DNA of 64,000 nucleotides from Hamiltosporidium tvaerminnensis FI-OER-3-3 (Eukaryota > Fungi > Microsporidia): the NCBI GenBank assembly GCA_022605425.2, contig JAKIMF020000001.1:2418001-2482000 (forward strand). Direction: 5' to 3'. Within the stretch, counting starts at the first letter, position 1. The number at the start of each line of letters is the position of its first letter. A program made the translations under genes and the position numbers. The notes under the pieces are model-generated. The model was not told the origin of the DNA. It searched no databases and saw nothing but the letters and a program-made list of their open reading frames with translations. This document shows, piece by piece, positions 52,501 through 59,919 of the stretch.

Positions 52501-55500
52501 GATATATTGGAGGGTGTTAATTATAAGGATTTGATAGAGAGTATTAAGAGTGTTAATGATATGGATATATTGGAGGGTGTTAAGGGTGTTAATTATAAGG
52601 ATATATTGGAGGGTGTTAATACCAGTACTTATAAACAAGACCCCTTTAATAACCGAACTCATAAACAAGACCCCTTTAATAACATTACTGATAAACAACA
52701 CCCTGTTAATGACACTCCATATAATTATCACCCTCTTAATAACAGTACTACTCAACACCCTCATAATAACACCCTTCCTTTCTTTAACCTTTTATCTCTT
52801 TGTTTAGATTTAAATGTAAAAAGAAAATATAAAGAATTTGTATGGTTAGTTTATAAGAAATATTCAATACAAGAATTAGAAGGATGGTTAATAAGAGGAA
52901 GTATAGGAGATTTTATAGATAGATTGTTATTTATAGAAGAATTAGTTATTAATTATAAAGGTAGTAGTGTTATTTATAATATTTCATTACAATATTTATC
53001 TTTTAATGTTGTTGAAGAGGTTATTAGAAGGATTAAGAAGGGAGAGAAGGGAATAGAAGTGTTAAAGGGTGTTATTTATAAGGGAATGGTAAAGGGTTAT
53101 CGGGATAGTAAATTAGAGGGTGTTAGTTATATGGATAGTAAATCAGAGGGTGTTAGTTATATGGATAGTAAATCAGAGGGTGTTAGTTATATGGATAGTA
53201 AATCAGAGGGTGTTAGTTATAAGGATAGTAATTATAAGGGTGTTAGTAATAAGGATAGTAATTATAAGGCGTTTAGTAATAAGGATAGTAATTATAAGGG
53301 ATTTAATAACAGTATAGATATAGAAGAGGGTGTTAATAATACACCATATATTCAACACCCTGTTAGTAACAGTAGTAATAATTATCACCCCTTTAATAAT
53401 AACACTTATGAACAAGACCCTGTTTATAACAGTATAGATATAGAAGAGGGTGTTAATAACAGTACAGATAATTATCACCCTGTTAATAAAACTCCATATA
53501 ATTATCACCCTGTTAATGACAGTACTATACTTAACAGTACACTTAACACCCCCATTATTTCTATCCTTAAAATTGTTGATAATTTATTTACTTTTTATGA
53601 TAAACCTGTTATTTCTATGTTGAAGAGAAATAAAAGTAAAAATAAAATTACATGTGTATGTAAAGAGGGTGTTATCATTAATAAATGGGTAAAAGACTTA
53701 TTAAATACTTTAAGTATAAATAAAGGGGTATGTGATTGTTATAGATGGAAGGGTGTTATTAAGGGAATGAGTTGTAACAGTAAAAAGATAAAGGAAGTAC
53801 TTATAGAGGAATTAAAGGGTTATAGAATAGAGGGTGTTAATAACAGTATAGATAATTATCACCCTGTTAATAACAGTATAGATGATTATAAGGGTGTTAA
53901 TAACAGTACTAATACTTTACACCCTGTTAACAACAGTACTAATAATTATCACCCTCTTAATATTCCCTTTATATTTTATAATAGAAATATCCCTTTAAAT
54001 CCTTATAGTAAAGAAGAAAGGGTGTTAGGTTCTATAATTACATATTATACTGAAATAGAGGGTGTTAGTAACAAAGATATAATAGAGGGTGTTAGTAATA
54101 GTATAGATGTTTATAACCCTGTTAGCTATAACACTAATACTTTACACCCTGTTAACAATAAGAGTAATGAACAACAGGGTGTTAGTAATAACACTAATAC
54201 TTTACACCCTGTTAGTAACAGTACTAATACTTTACACCCTGTTAATAATAAGAGTAATGAACAACAGGGTGTTAGTAACAGTACTAATACTTTACACCCT
54301 GCTAATAATAAGAGTAATGAACAACAGGGTGTTAGCTATAACACCAATACTTTACACCCTGTTAGTAACAGTACTAATACTTTACACCCTGTTAATAATA
54401 TACTTATTTATTCTTCCTTAATAAATAACACCTATCTTCCTTACCTGTTATTTGTATTGGAATATTTATGGATTGTTAATAATGAATGTGAAATAACAGA
54501 TTGTAATGAGGAATATGTAAAAGGTATTGATAGAAGTAAAGGGGGTGTTAATGAAGAGGGTAGTGAAGACTCTGTTAGTGAGGAAGATGAAGAGGGTGTT
54601 AGTGATGAAGGTAGTGAAGAGGGCGTTAGTAACGGTACTAATAGTATAGATGAGGAAGAGGGTGTTGGTGATGAAGGTAGTGAAGAGGGTGTTAGTAACA
54701 GTACTAATAGTATACATGGGGAAGAGGGTGTTAGTGATAAAGGAGATGGTAAAGGAGAGGAAGAGGGTGTTAATGATAAAGGAGATGCTAAAGGAGAGGA
54801 AGAGGGTGTTAGTGATAGTAATTGTGAAGAATATGATGAAGAGGGTGTTAGTGATAGTACTTATGATGAAGAGGGTGTTAGTGATAGTACCATTATACAA
54901 GAGGGTGTTAGTAACACATCTAATGACGAAGGTGTTAATGAAGAAGGTGTTAGTAACATTTTACAAGAGGGTGTTAGTGACTGTAGTCTTATAGACTATG
55001 AAGTAGGTGTTAATGAGAGTAATAATGAACAGACAGCATTAACAGGTGATAATTATACTACTATTGTAGAAGAGGGTGTTAATAATACTGAATTACCATT
55101 AACAGGTGATAATTCATTAGAGTTACAACAGGGTGTTAATGAACAGTTAGATATAGAAGAAGAACCATTAACAGGTGATAATTGTAATATGGAGGGGGGT
55201 GTTAATCAACAGACAGAGACCACAGATACCTTAGACCTGTTAAGTAACACTATGCATAATAACACCCCTTTAAATAACAGTAATGATTCCCCACGTGAAA
55301 ACACCCCTTTAAACAACAGTAAGGATTCTCTATGTAATAACACCCCTTTAAATAACCATAAGGATTCTCCACGTAATAACACCCCTTTAACAAACGGTAA
55401 GGATTCTCCACGTAATAACACCCCTTTAACAAACGGTAAGGATTCTCTTGTTGATAACACCCCTTTAAACAACAGTAAGGATTCTCCACGTAATAACACC

Positions 55501-56328
55501 CCTTTAACAAACGGTAAGGATTCTATAAGTGATAACACCCCTTTAAATAACTGTAAGGATTCTATACATGATAACACCCCTTTAACCAACAATACTATTA
55601 ACAATACTAATAACACCCCTTTAACCAACAATACTAATATCACCCCTTTATTTTCTTCCCTTGATACTGATACTCTTATCTCTAGACTCTTATTAACCCT
55701 TAATGATACAGGTGGTATGCGTTATAATAATGGGTGTTATAGAAGTGGTAGAAAATTATCAATAAAAAAGGTTGTAGAGTATATAGCTAGTGGTTATAAA
55801 AGAGACAGAATATTTATGAGACGTAATAAGAAAGGAGGAGGTATTTGTAAGATATGTATATTTATAGATAACAGTAAAAGTATGAAAGATTATAAAGAAG
55901 TTGTTTTTAATTTATTAAATATATTAATTAATATAATTAATAATATAGGTTGTAATATAGAAATGTATAGATTTGGTAATGAAGTGATTAGTATAACTGG
56001 TAAGAGTGATATGACATTTACTGATACTGTAAGTGATATATGTATTGGAGATATGGGTGATATTATTGATGATTCTGTTGTTTTGGTGATTACTGATGGA
56101 ATATTTAGATGTGATGAGATTTATGAAAATGTGTTGTGTTTACTTATTGATAGGGTTGGGTTAAGGGATATGGATAGGGTTAGTGTAGTGGGTGATGAGG
56201 TTAAGGTTGTTAAGTTTCTTGATGAATTTAAAATGAAGTATTGTGTGGTGGGAGAGGATAATTTTGTTGAGGGGTTTGTTGAAGGGGTGAGAGAGATAGT
56301 AAGAGTAATGAGAGAGAGATGGGAGTAG
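40591..56328 (+). CDS. MDN1: Midasin (Rea1/MDN1) AAA+ ATPase, 60S ribosome maturation factor, inflated by about 25 in-frame repeat inserts
   Basis: Tandem AAA modules: GETGVGKT/LLLDEVNL, GPTCTGKT/LLLDELNLA, GETGIGKT/FLFDEINL and GIPGVGKT/ILLDEINL. Also HPNFRLF, ATMNPG, LSPALRSRF, a D/E-rich tether, and a C-terminal MIDAS (SGRKLSIKKVVEYIAS..IDNSKSM..ITDG). Confidence 0.95.
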   Translation: MEINSQNKRLKQTNQTLLQKALHYKIPINIYGTHPHTLISPHFFTIDLRQYTDLSTLIYTVHLTSTHLQYTEGLLTTACKYGYVTVITHTDTNPSIFDYLKPLFNGLLNISNEKFENEIQDGLYNENNGYNGNGLKENNGYNGNGLKENNGYNSNGLKENNGYNGNGLKENNGYNSNGLKESDNNTSCGNSTYNNNSYGNSTNDNTSCGNSTYNNTSYGNSTYNTTPLNNNNTINTPLTDNNSINTPLTKNNTINTPLTNNNTINTPLTNNNTINTPLTNNNTINTPLNNNNTINTLSSILSPFYNPHPNFRIIFTSSTKLQSNNTVHIGPVTYTLPLTPLISLLNTFYPFNKPPTLQDTYFITRLTNRLQSLSLYTAIQQTYIITLKTLKEQKEVEEKIKGFNIEEIDNNTPLVECTYNNTPLNNRTYDNTPYSSTFITNTPLNNNSINNTPLNNKYINNTPLSTTIINNTPSFAPTSQSLVTLSALSSCILYNEPVLLIGETGVGKTHLIQHLSNINNKYLYIYNMSSDTDVSDLLGFYTSVHPISVIEEYVGNIIKREINETPLCYLERIERYINDNRETEGVNDSSKEEGVNDSSKEEGVNDSNYKGVNDSSSNYKGVNDSSTNYKGVSNSTNNYHPFNNSTNNYHPFNNSTNNYNPLNNSTNNHNPLNNSTNNYNPLIPYINIPLLLNSIKECKILINKGIPHFKYQQGVMYKAMTEGKWLLLDEVNLSPKETLLFIDSIVERIVKSNYEGSGNNTPLSNSGINNTYNYSINNTYNTPLNNSTSNPSYNTPSNRHTTLYNIHYNPLLYNIHPNFRLFCCMNPPGIGKKDYKGILFSKIFMLDFTDSITDINILTHYLLRERNSKITPLRNSKLTPSMDSKLTPLRNSCLTPFYKAQEINSELTPFYKGEENNSKLTPSIDSKLTALRNSCLTPFYKGEENNSELTPFYKGEENNSKLTPSIDSKLTPLRHSKLTPFYKGEEGNSNLTPSVDSNLTPPSLSCLTPLDSLPLFFFKLKENVLNKELKGFYNKPLITGRTYCRLINMINKGCCIYDSIRLVIYTQFNREGVNYIDSMVKGYNLYCECRLEGVIDKNDDYKGVNDKDMLEGVSDKNDDYKGVSYKNDDYKGVMDKDSNIKGVNINTNTYHPLNNINTYPPLNNTKSSHPLNNTFSLTSSNTRYIEILQLSIKYNLPILLQGPTCTGKTALITYISKINNTPLIRINNHNNITRADYIGTYQLINNTCTFIYGPLLHCMLKGCYLLLDELNLAPSEVLEVLNRVLDCNREIYVDEIQQTVKCSKGFRVFCTQNVMYGGRKGLSEALRNRFVEVTVEQLTLEDIKSIVRGSIKGREGVGGVNDSSSNYKGVKDKHSNYKVVNKNSSDYKGVNDSNSNYKGVNDSSNYKGVNDSNCNYKGVGDSSSNYHPLNKCSNYHPLNKCSNYHPISNTTDTLHPLNNNNTIQHPLSTRIINKILSVYDSLRLYRNFNSLISIRDILRWVRRKGVSEEEVYENGVMLLFERQRNYMDRCVVKGVLDDVFRGVVRSRGVSNSTSNYHPVSNSSNNYHPLNINTNSHHPFSNSTNTYPPVNNSSNTLHPLNNSINNYHPVSNSTNTHHPFSNSTNTYHPVNNSSNNYHPVNNTNNNYHPFNNSSNTSFVLTPSYLRMYTLIYTAWINKEPILLIGETGIGKTKMLEYVSNLMGVNIETFSCNSNTQTHDFIGYYTLGKGSNEGGVNDSSRVEGVSNSSMLEGVNHEEYELEGVSNSSMLEGVSNKDYGLEGVNVKDFGLEGVNVKGSNYKGVNVKEYRLEGVNVKSPKQQGLSNSTNTLHPFSKIDRKQQGLSNSTNTLHPFSNIDSKQQGLSNSTNNLHPFSKIDRKQQGLSNSTNNLHPLNNSTNNYNPVSNSTNTLHPLNNNTNNNNTNTLFKYGPLVTAMRTGKAFLFDEINLTDDSVLERINSLLDDSNTLYIPETNETIYPNNNFILLATMNPGTDIGKKELSPALRSRFNEIYFDIPNNEIEGVMMDRVGYSVKGVSMRKVEIVSEFYNVVSVRDMLKGDSRVGVSDSNGGVSDKDSKLEGVSNKDSKLEGVNNKDSKLEGVSNTTNTYHPVSNTTNTYHLVNTNTNTYHPVNTPLQQYFNTLLLNLKGTITIYNTNTFYSIKEESLELIGFKSNKKPILYENNRVFGVLPFLIEKYEKEGCYDMLEGKDNSSNNNTPLNNCTSNNTPLNNCTSNTYNNTLLNNSTDDNTLLNNSISNNTLLNNSISNNTLLNNSTDDNTLLNNSTDDNTLLNNSISNNTYFSFDNLTTLYNLRRILKGMFIRKPILLKGIPGVGKTDILKNISYKLKIPFMRINMSEQTEVEELFGTYVLTDKKLKYKLSSLSISLNNKLPSIILLDEINLTPSSVIEGVNSLLDYRREISVEGFKICNYNSFIFCSCNYEGEGRKSMPRSFIDRFVVIDMESYTEEDISKIMGCYNTSDINYSRGYNEGVNDSSSVGVNDSSSVGVNDSSSNRCVDNTLLNNSTFNNTLLPSTNINNTLLPTTPSNNTLLPTTPSNNTLLPTTPSNNTLLPTTPSNNTLLPTTNNNTFLPTTNINNTLLPTTNINNTPITPSNNNTPPFNIMSLRTLYNLSLRDCLKIKLLNHNYFSINNPKYFIRNNTLYIGSAILPLNLYTNTYTLLHNQLNSLETIIHCYNRRIPVILLGCSRYSVIRFISYVSKHKVSYIYCYKGTDTNDLLGTYGFSKLEGDNHSDYMGVNESIGKVEGDNEKDSDYKGDNEKDIYYKGVNKSTSNYHPVSNTTDKQHPFNNTTDKQHPFNKSISNYHPVSNTTHKQHPFGDTTHKQHPFNNTTNKQHPFNNNPNSTSFTWSDSSLVTSIINGNITVINRVDLVDKGIFDRLCSLFEFNRSLYITERGFININKDTWLVSIVDDLKGVSTAMKDRCVIVELKGVTDCIDVWKMHSSVKSSNKGGDRGYVRDKGVLNISDRNNTPLDIDSNKNNTPLDIDSNDNTPLDIDSNKNNTPLINYSSSHFYNTPLTTHCIDNTPLPLTLPLYDVPFPHILDLLSNNTSYINTPLWFNNTLIEEEIKGYSFPYKVKGFNYNNIGNIPLLTVELYKILYYIPIGVNDIEKLDILINNRGSDNDMLGSDMLDSGLEGVNNKNMIEGVSNNTSNYHPFSNGTSKQQGVNNSIDDYHPFSNSNSKQQGVNNTIDDYHPFSNNLYTHNPVNDITLFKRSVIFLSNSVLSVCKGYSVIELKINFIKKFIGCSVKEYKKLKDIYNKLKGVENFKMYKCSSVDIIGGDIGRDILGGVNNSTNEQQGVNNSGNTYHPVNDSTNTYHPFSNSNNTQHPFNKNTNTQHPFNNTPYTQHPFNNNTNTYHPFNNSTNTYHPFNHTPTLLHTTNTIPSCLTFIINIILTYNIDPLNIIRNNLINKYNDMINKYKNILYNEFIKGYKYGESNEYTFYCKEFIVIYKEYIKRIEDIENKIESRNIKGVIEEYKRVRGVSDKDKYRGVSDKDRGVSDKYRGVSAGTYNYNPVNNLSNKQQGVTDTTNNYNPVNSYTCKQQGVYNLSIKQQGVNNTTMNYNPVNLNTSKQQGVNNTTMNYNPVNLNTSKQQGVSNLFNKQQGVTDTTNNYNPVNLNTSKQQGVNNSTMNYNPVNNFNIIDFSDWLDSYYTGLFNDIVLLGMLFKKEVLIEVNDIHRLLDYCYISSKVKGVSDKDMDRGVSDMDKGLNVTTDVQQGVNNCTNEQHSLDISTTKQHPFNNTNIDIKSLIDTLIFNTPYSYTTNVISKAIYLLYYNRGVNIEEIVLECIKGDKYIEVCDKGCNRYSKGRCVDNTPLSNSNIYNNNTGTTGTENNTSISNNNTPFSNSNIYNNNTGTTGTENNTSISNNNTPFSNSTIIPYICCSSLTDMYFTYIDSLMLFVYKNINNKALLLDKCYGDSVSDCSVNISEIEIRNIIRNKGGVNYKDILEGVNDKDILEGVNYKDLIESIKSVNDMDILEGVKGVNYKDILEGVNTSTYKQDPFNNRTHKQDPFNNITDKQHPVNDTPYNYHPLNNSTTQHPHNNTLPFFNLLSLCLDLNVKRKYKEFVWLVYKKYSIQELEGWLIRGSIGDFIDRLLFIEELVINYKGSSVIYNISLQYLSFNVVEEVIRRIKKGEKGIEVLKGVIYKGMVKGYRDSKLEGVSYMDSKSEGVSYMDSKSEGVSYMDSKSEGVSYKDSNYKGVSNKDSNYKAFSNKDSNYKGFNNSIDIEEGVNNTPYIQHPVSNSSNNYHPFNNNTYEQDPVYNSIDIEEGVNNSTDNYHPVNKTPYNYHPVNDSTILNSTLNTPIISILKIVDNLFTFYDKPVISMLKRNKSKNKITCVCKEGVIINKWVKDLLNTLSINKGVCDCYRWKGVIKGMSCNSKKIKEVLIEELKGYRIEGVNNSIDNYHPVNNSIDDYKGVNNSTNTLHPVNNSTNNYHPLNIPFIFYNRNIPLNPYSKEERVLGSIITYYTEIEGVSNKDIIEGVSNSIDVYNPVSYNTNTLHPVNNKSNEQQGVSNNTNTLHPVSNSTNTLHPVNNKSNEQQGVSNSTNTLHPANNKSNEQQGVSYNTNTLHPVSNSTNTLHPVNNILIYSSLINNTYLPYLLFVLEYLWIVNNECEITDCNEEYVKGIDRSKGGVNEEGSEDSVSEEDEEGVSDEGSEEGVSNGTNSIDEEEGVGDEGSEEGVSNSTNSIHGEEGVSDKGDGKGEEEGVNDKGDAKGEEEGVSDSNCEEYDEEGVSDSTYDEEGVSDSTIIQEGVSNTSNDEGVNEEGVSNILQEGVSDCSLIDYEVGVNESNNEQTALTGDNYTTIVEEGVNNTELPLTGDNSLELQQGVNEQLDIEEEPLTGDNCNMEGGVNQQTETTDTLDLLSNTMHNNTPLNNSNDSPRENTPLNNSKDSLCNNTPLNNHKDSPRNNTPLTNGKDSPRNNTPLTNGKDSLVDNTPLNNSKDSPRNNTPLTNGKDSISDNTPLNNCKDSIHDNTPLTNNTINNTNNTPLTNNTNITPLFSSLDTDTLISRLLLTLNDTGGMRYNNGCYRSGRKLSIKKVVEYIASGYKRDRIFMRRNKKGGGICKICIFIDNSKSMKDYKEVVFNLLNILINIINNIGCNIEMYRFGNEVISITGKSDMTFTDTVSDICIGDMGDIIDDSVVLVITDGIFRCDEIYENVLCLLIDRVGLRDMDRVSVVGDEVKVVKFLDEFKMKYCVVGEDNFVEGFVEGVREIVRVMRERWE

Positions 56329-56339
56329 TAGATGGGATG

Positions 56340-56600
56340 GTAATGATAGGTGTGGGTTATGGTATTAAGATATATTTCTGGATATTAATTTTACTTATTA
56401 TTTTAAAGGTTTTATTATGGTTTATTATAAGGGTTTTCTTATGTTTTTATTGTTTGTTTTAAGAGTCTATTTATGGGTTATTATAAAGATTACTTTAAGG
56501 TTATTATAAGGGTTATTTAAAAAGGTTACTTTATGGTTATTTATGGTTTATTTAAGATTCTATTATAGGTTTCCTATGGTTTTCTATGGTTTCTAATTTT
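56340..56600 (+). repeat. Degenerate GGTT(A/T)-rich low-complexity tract downstream of midasin
   Basis: Repeated ggttat/gggttat/ggtttt units. Confidence 0.7.
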
Positions 56601-59600
56601 TTAATAAAAAAATATTTGTAAGGGGAGGGCATAAAAAAAAGAGAGGAGAAAAAACGTTTAGTGTTTATACAATACTTGTATTTTATAGAGTAGAAGTAAG
56701 ACAAAATATTATTTTATAGAATTTAGAATTTACAGTTTAAGTATCTTTGTGATATTGTGAAAGTTATATGTTTAGAAGATGATTGGTTTTATTGTGGACT
56801 TACGTATTATTTCTGATTAGAATATTTGGGTATAAACTTACTTTATATTATTTTATATATCAGAATACTAATTCTTTTACGAGAATTACCATTGAGAGGT
56901 TTTAATAAAGGAATCGATTTTTATTTTATTAAAAATGTAATATATGGATTTATATGGTCATGGTTTTTTGAAAAGCTATGATATAAACATTTCTTACATT
57001 AAATGAATATTTCATTCTTTTTTAAAAATAAACAATGATATGTTTTTCTAAAGGATATTAGCGTTTCTGTGTAAAACAAAATGAAGCTTTGTATACTTCG
57101 TATATATTCTAAGAACATATATTCCTAGGGTTTTCATGTAAGAAGGTGTTATATAACTCGTTTAATAAGTAGGCAGTTCTTTTGATTTCGTTAATTTTAG
57201 TTTTATGTGGTGTGATTTCATTCTTACCTCATCTTGAGCTTTCTTTTGACAAGCAGAATCTCTACTTATTCTGCATTTTTTGAATTTAACATATTTTTAG
57301 CTATCGCCTATTTCTGTTACTTTCATGATCTATGTGTAGAAGTTTTGTGTCATGTCCTCGGATATGATCTGCTGATTGGTTTATATTAAGTTTAGAAATT
57401 ATATTTCTTATTTTCCTGGCGCTAAATCTTTTAGCCTGAGTTAGACAGGCTGAGGTTGCATCTTATACATGTAAATTATCTACAATATAGGTCTTAGTAT
57501 CAAGCTCGTTAACAAAATTATTGATTTTGAGGAAAAGGCTTCTATCTTGCAACCCTTGGCTCTGATTAAGAAAATACAATGATCAACTGAAATTGTAGTG
57601 TGGTATTTATTTCACTAAAAGTCCAAACAATGAATTCCATGCCAAATCCAGCGAAGTATTACTTAGAAACGGTTTAGTAAATATATTTTTGTCATTGTAA
57701 ATACAAGTATAATAAATATCAAAACGAATGAGTGGACTTTCATGAATTAATTCGATATTTATAAAAATTTTAACCTTTTGATTTTTATAATGCTATGCTA
57801 AGAATGATTTAAAGAAGATAAAAAAAAGGATATTAGCAGAAATATCAGTGTTTTTTATTCTAATTATTCAATTTATAAATAAAATGTATATGTGCAATGG
57901 TAAAGAATATATCCTCAGTTTTCGTATTTTTCTGTTGATGTAATTTATAAGAATCGATACATTACTGTTTAATTTGTTTAATATTAGAACGACTTTGACT
58001 TGAGCAAGTATTTCTTATTTAATAAACAATAGACATACACACTATATATTTAAAATGATAAATATATGGAACATACGATTTGGGATTGTTTTATTTAACA
58101 TTCGAAACAAATTTGTGTGTGAAATTTTAAAATAGTAAATGAATTAATTAAATTTACATTATTTAAAACAAAATTATGCTTTGTACATTTCATTTGCAGG
58201 TTTTTTACATCATCGATATGAGTCGGAGTGGAATATAATGAGCTGGTTAAGCTACAGTAAAGTTTTAAAAATTGACAAAATATATACGTTTTTACTAATC
58301 ATACCCATCAAAGTTCATTATACTATAATAATATCAATAAAGAAACAATCAGTTATTTTTTTATAGAGCAATATTTTCATTGGGAAATAAAATAAATCAA
58401 AAAAGTCACTTTTATATGTGTTTCATTCTCAAATACTATCAAAATTTAAAAATCAAAGCAGCGATATAAAATTTACTACTAAATTTTTACAGATTATTAC
58501 GATGAATCTTAAAGCTTGTATAAGAATCGATTTATATCCTTCGTTTTTAATAAATTATTCAGTGTAAAAAAAAAGGTAAAAATAAAAGATAAAGATACCG
58601 AAACGAACCAAATAAAATCATCAATTTTAAGTAATATCATTGATAATATATAAGTGCAATTGTTTTTATAATAACTCATAGGAAGACATTTATTTTGTTC
58701 TTTGCCTATACAATGTAAATTCGAAACAAATATTTAAAAAACAAGAGTTTGTATTTGAATAACTTATAGGTGCCTGTATAGATTAGATTTATATAAAAAA
58801 CAAAAAAATAGGTTAAATTACATATTTTTAATCAACCATTTGAACTTAAATTTAAGAACATGGAAAATATGGATTAAATACACGAAAAATCGACGTCTAA
58901 AGAATCGCCTCTGTGTATTAATAATGCTGTAAAATAAAAGAAATCACAGATAAAAACTTTTTACAATATATATTTTGGGTCGAAACATAATGTCTTTACC
59001 TAGAAAGCAGTTGAAGTTTTTAACAGTTATGAATAAGTTTACTATAAAAATATTTTAAAACCCAACCAGAAAAAAACTTAAAGAATAATAAAAAAACTAC
59101 AAAATGAAAAATAATCCCAAAGCTTAACTTATTATTCTTTAGCTGAATTTACTGCCAGTTCGTTTTTTTAAATAAATTATTCTATCTTAGAAGCATATTT
59201 GATTCGTTTTTGTCTAAAAATATACATAGGGTACTATGTGCTTTTATTACACCACTAGACGGCTCTATTTATACTATTCTATATGCTCGCTACTTTTCAT
59301 ATCACAAAAATATTGTCGAATGATTTTTTTTCGCCTTAAAAATCTCTCTTCCAGCGGTAAAGAAAAAAATTTGTTAGTCGATTTGGGTAATCGGCGGTAA
59401 ATTAAATATACATACGTTAAGTAAAAACTATAAAATAGTACCAAATTTTATAAGCATGTAAATAATAAATTATGTATAAAATATTTGATTAGATGTAATT
59501 AATCTCATGATTATTTTTAATTTCAAATTATGATTCATTGGCGTTAAATGCATATGCAATTAAACTTTGATATAATATAGAAGGGCGAGATTCGGGAACG

Positions 59601-59919
59601 TTTCAAAGAGAAAAAAAGAAAATTATGTCATAAAACTACCAAAGTAATTCCAGATTCTAATAAATTTCGGGTTTAAGCAATAATTGTGTTAGATTCTTTA
59701 GTAGAATAAAAAAATTATAAATTCTTCGATTTACTCGAAAAGAAAGTATAAAAGATTAAGAAACATCTTAATAATATAAAATATAGATTTCAGTATTAGA
59801 TTAGCATTTATTTTTTAAAAATCAAATATTTGGATTTTAATAGCATACTCATTAAAGAAATAATTGAGATACACTTATCAATTCAATTCCCTTTATTCTA
59901 GAAAACATTAATATTTAGC

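Noticed and set aside
42335-54400. Inserts as spliceosomal introns or inteins
   Set aside because: I see no consistent GT..AG boundaries or C/S..HN intein ends, and every insert is stop-free and in frame. Non-canonical removal cannot be excluded without cDNA.
40884-55643. Dozens of 60-180 aa ORFs overlapping midasin (and likewise the 1586-aa gene) on other frames or the opposite strand
   Set aside because: They are shadows of frame-preserving repeats, made of I/V/L/T runs with no domain content.
41150-55650. Regularly spaced repeats as a CRISPR array
   Set aside because: The units are degenerate tandem copies inside a eukaryotic CDS, with no unique spacers and no cas genes.
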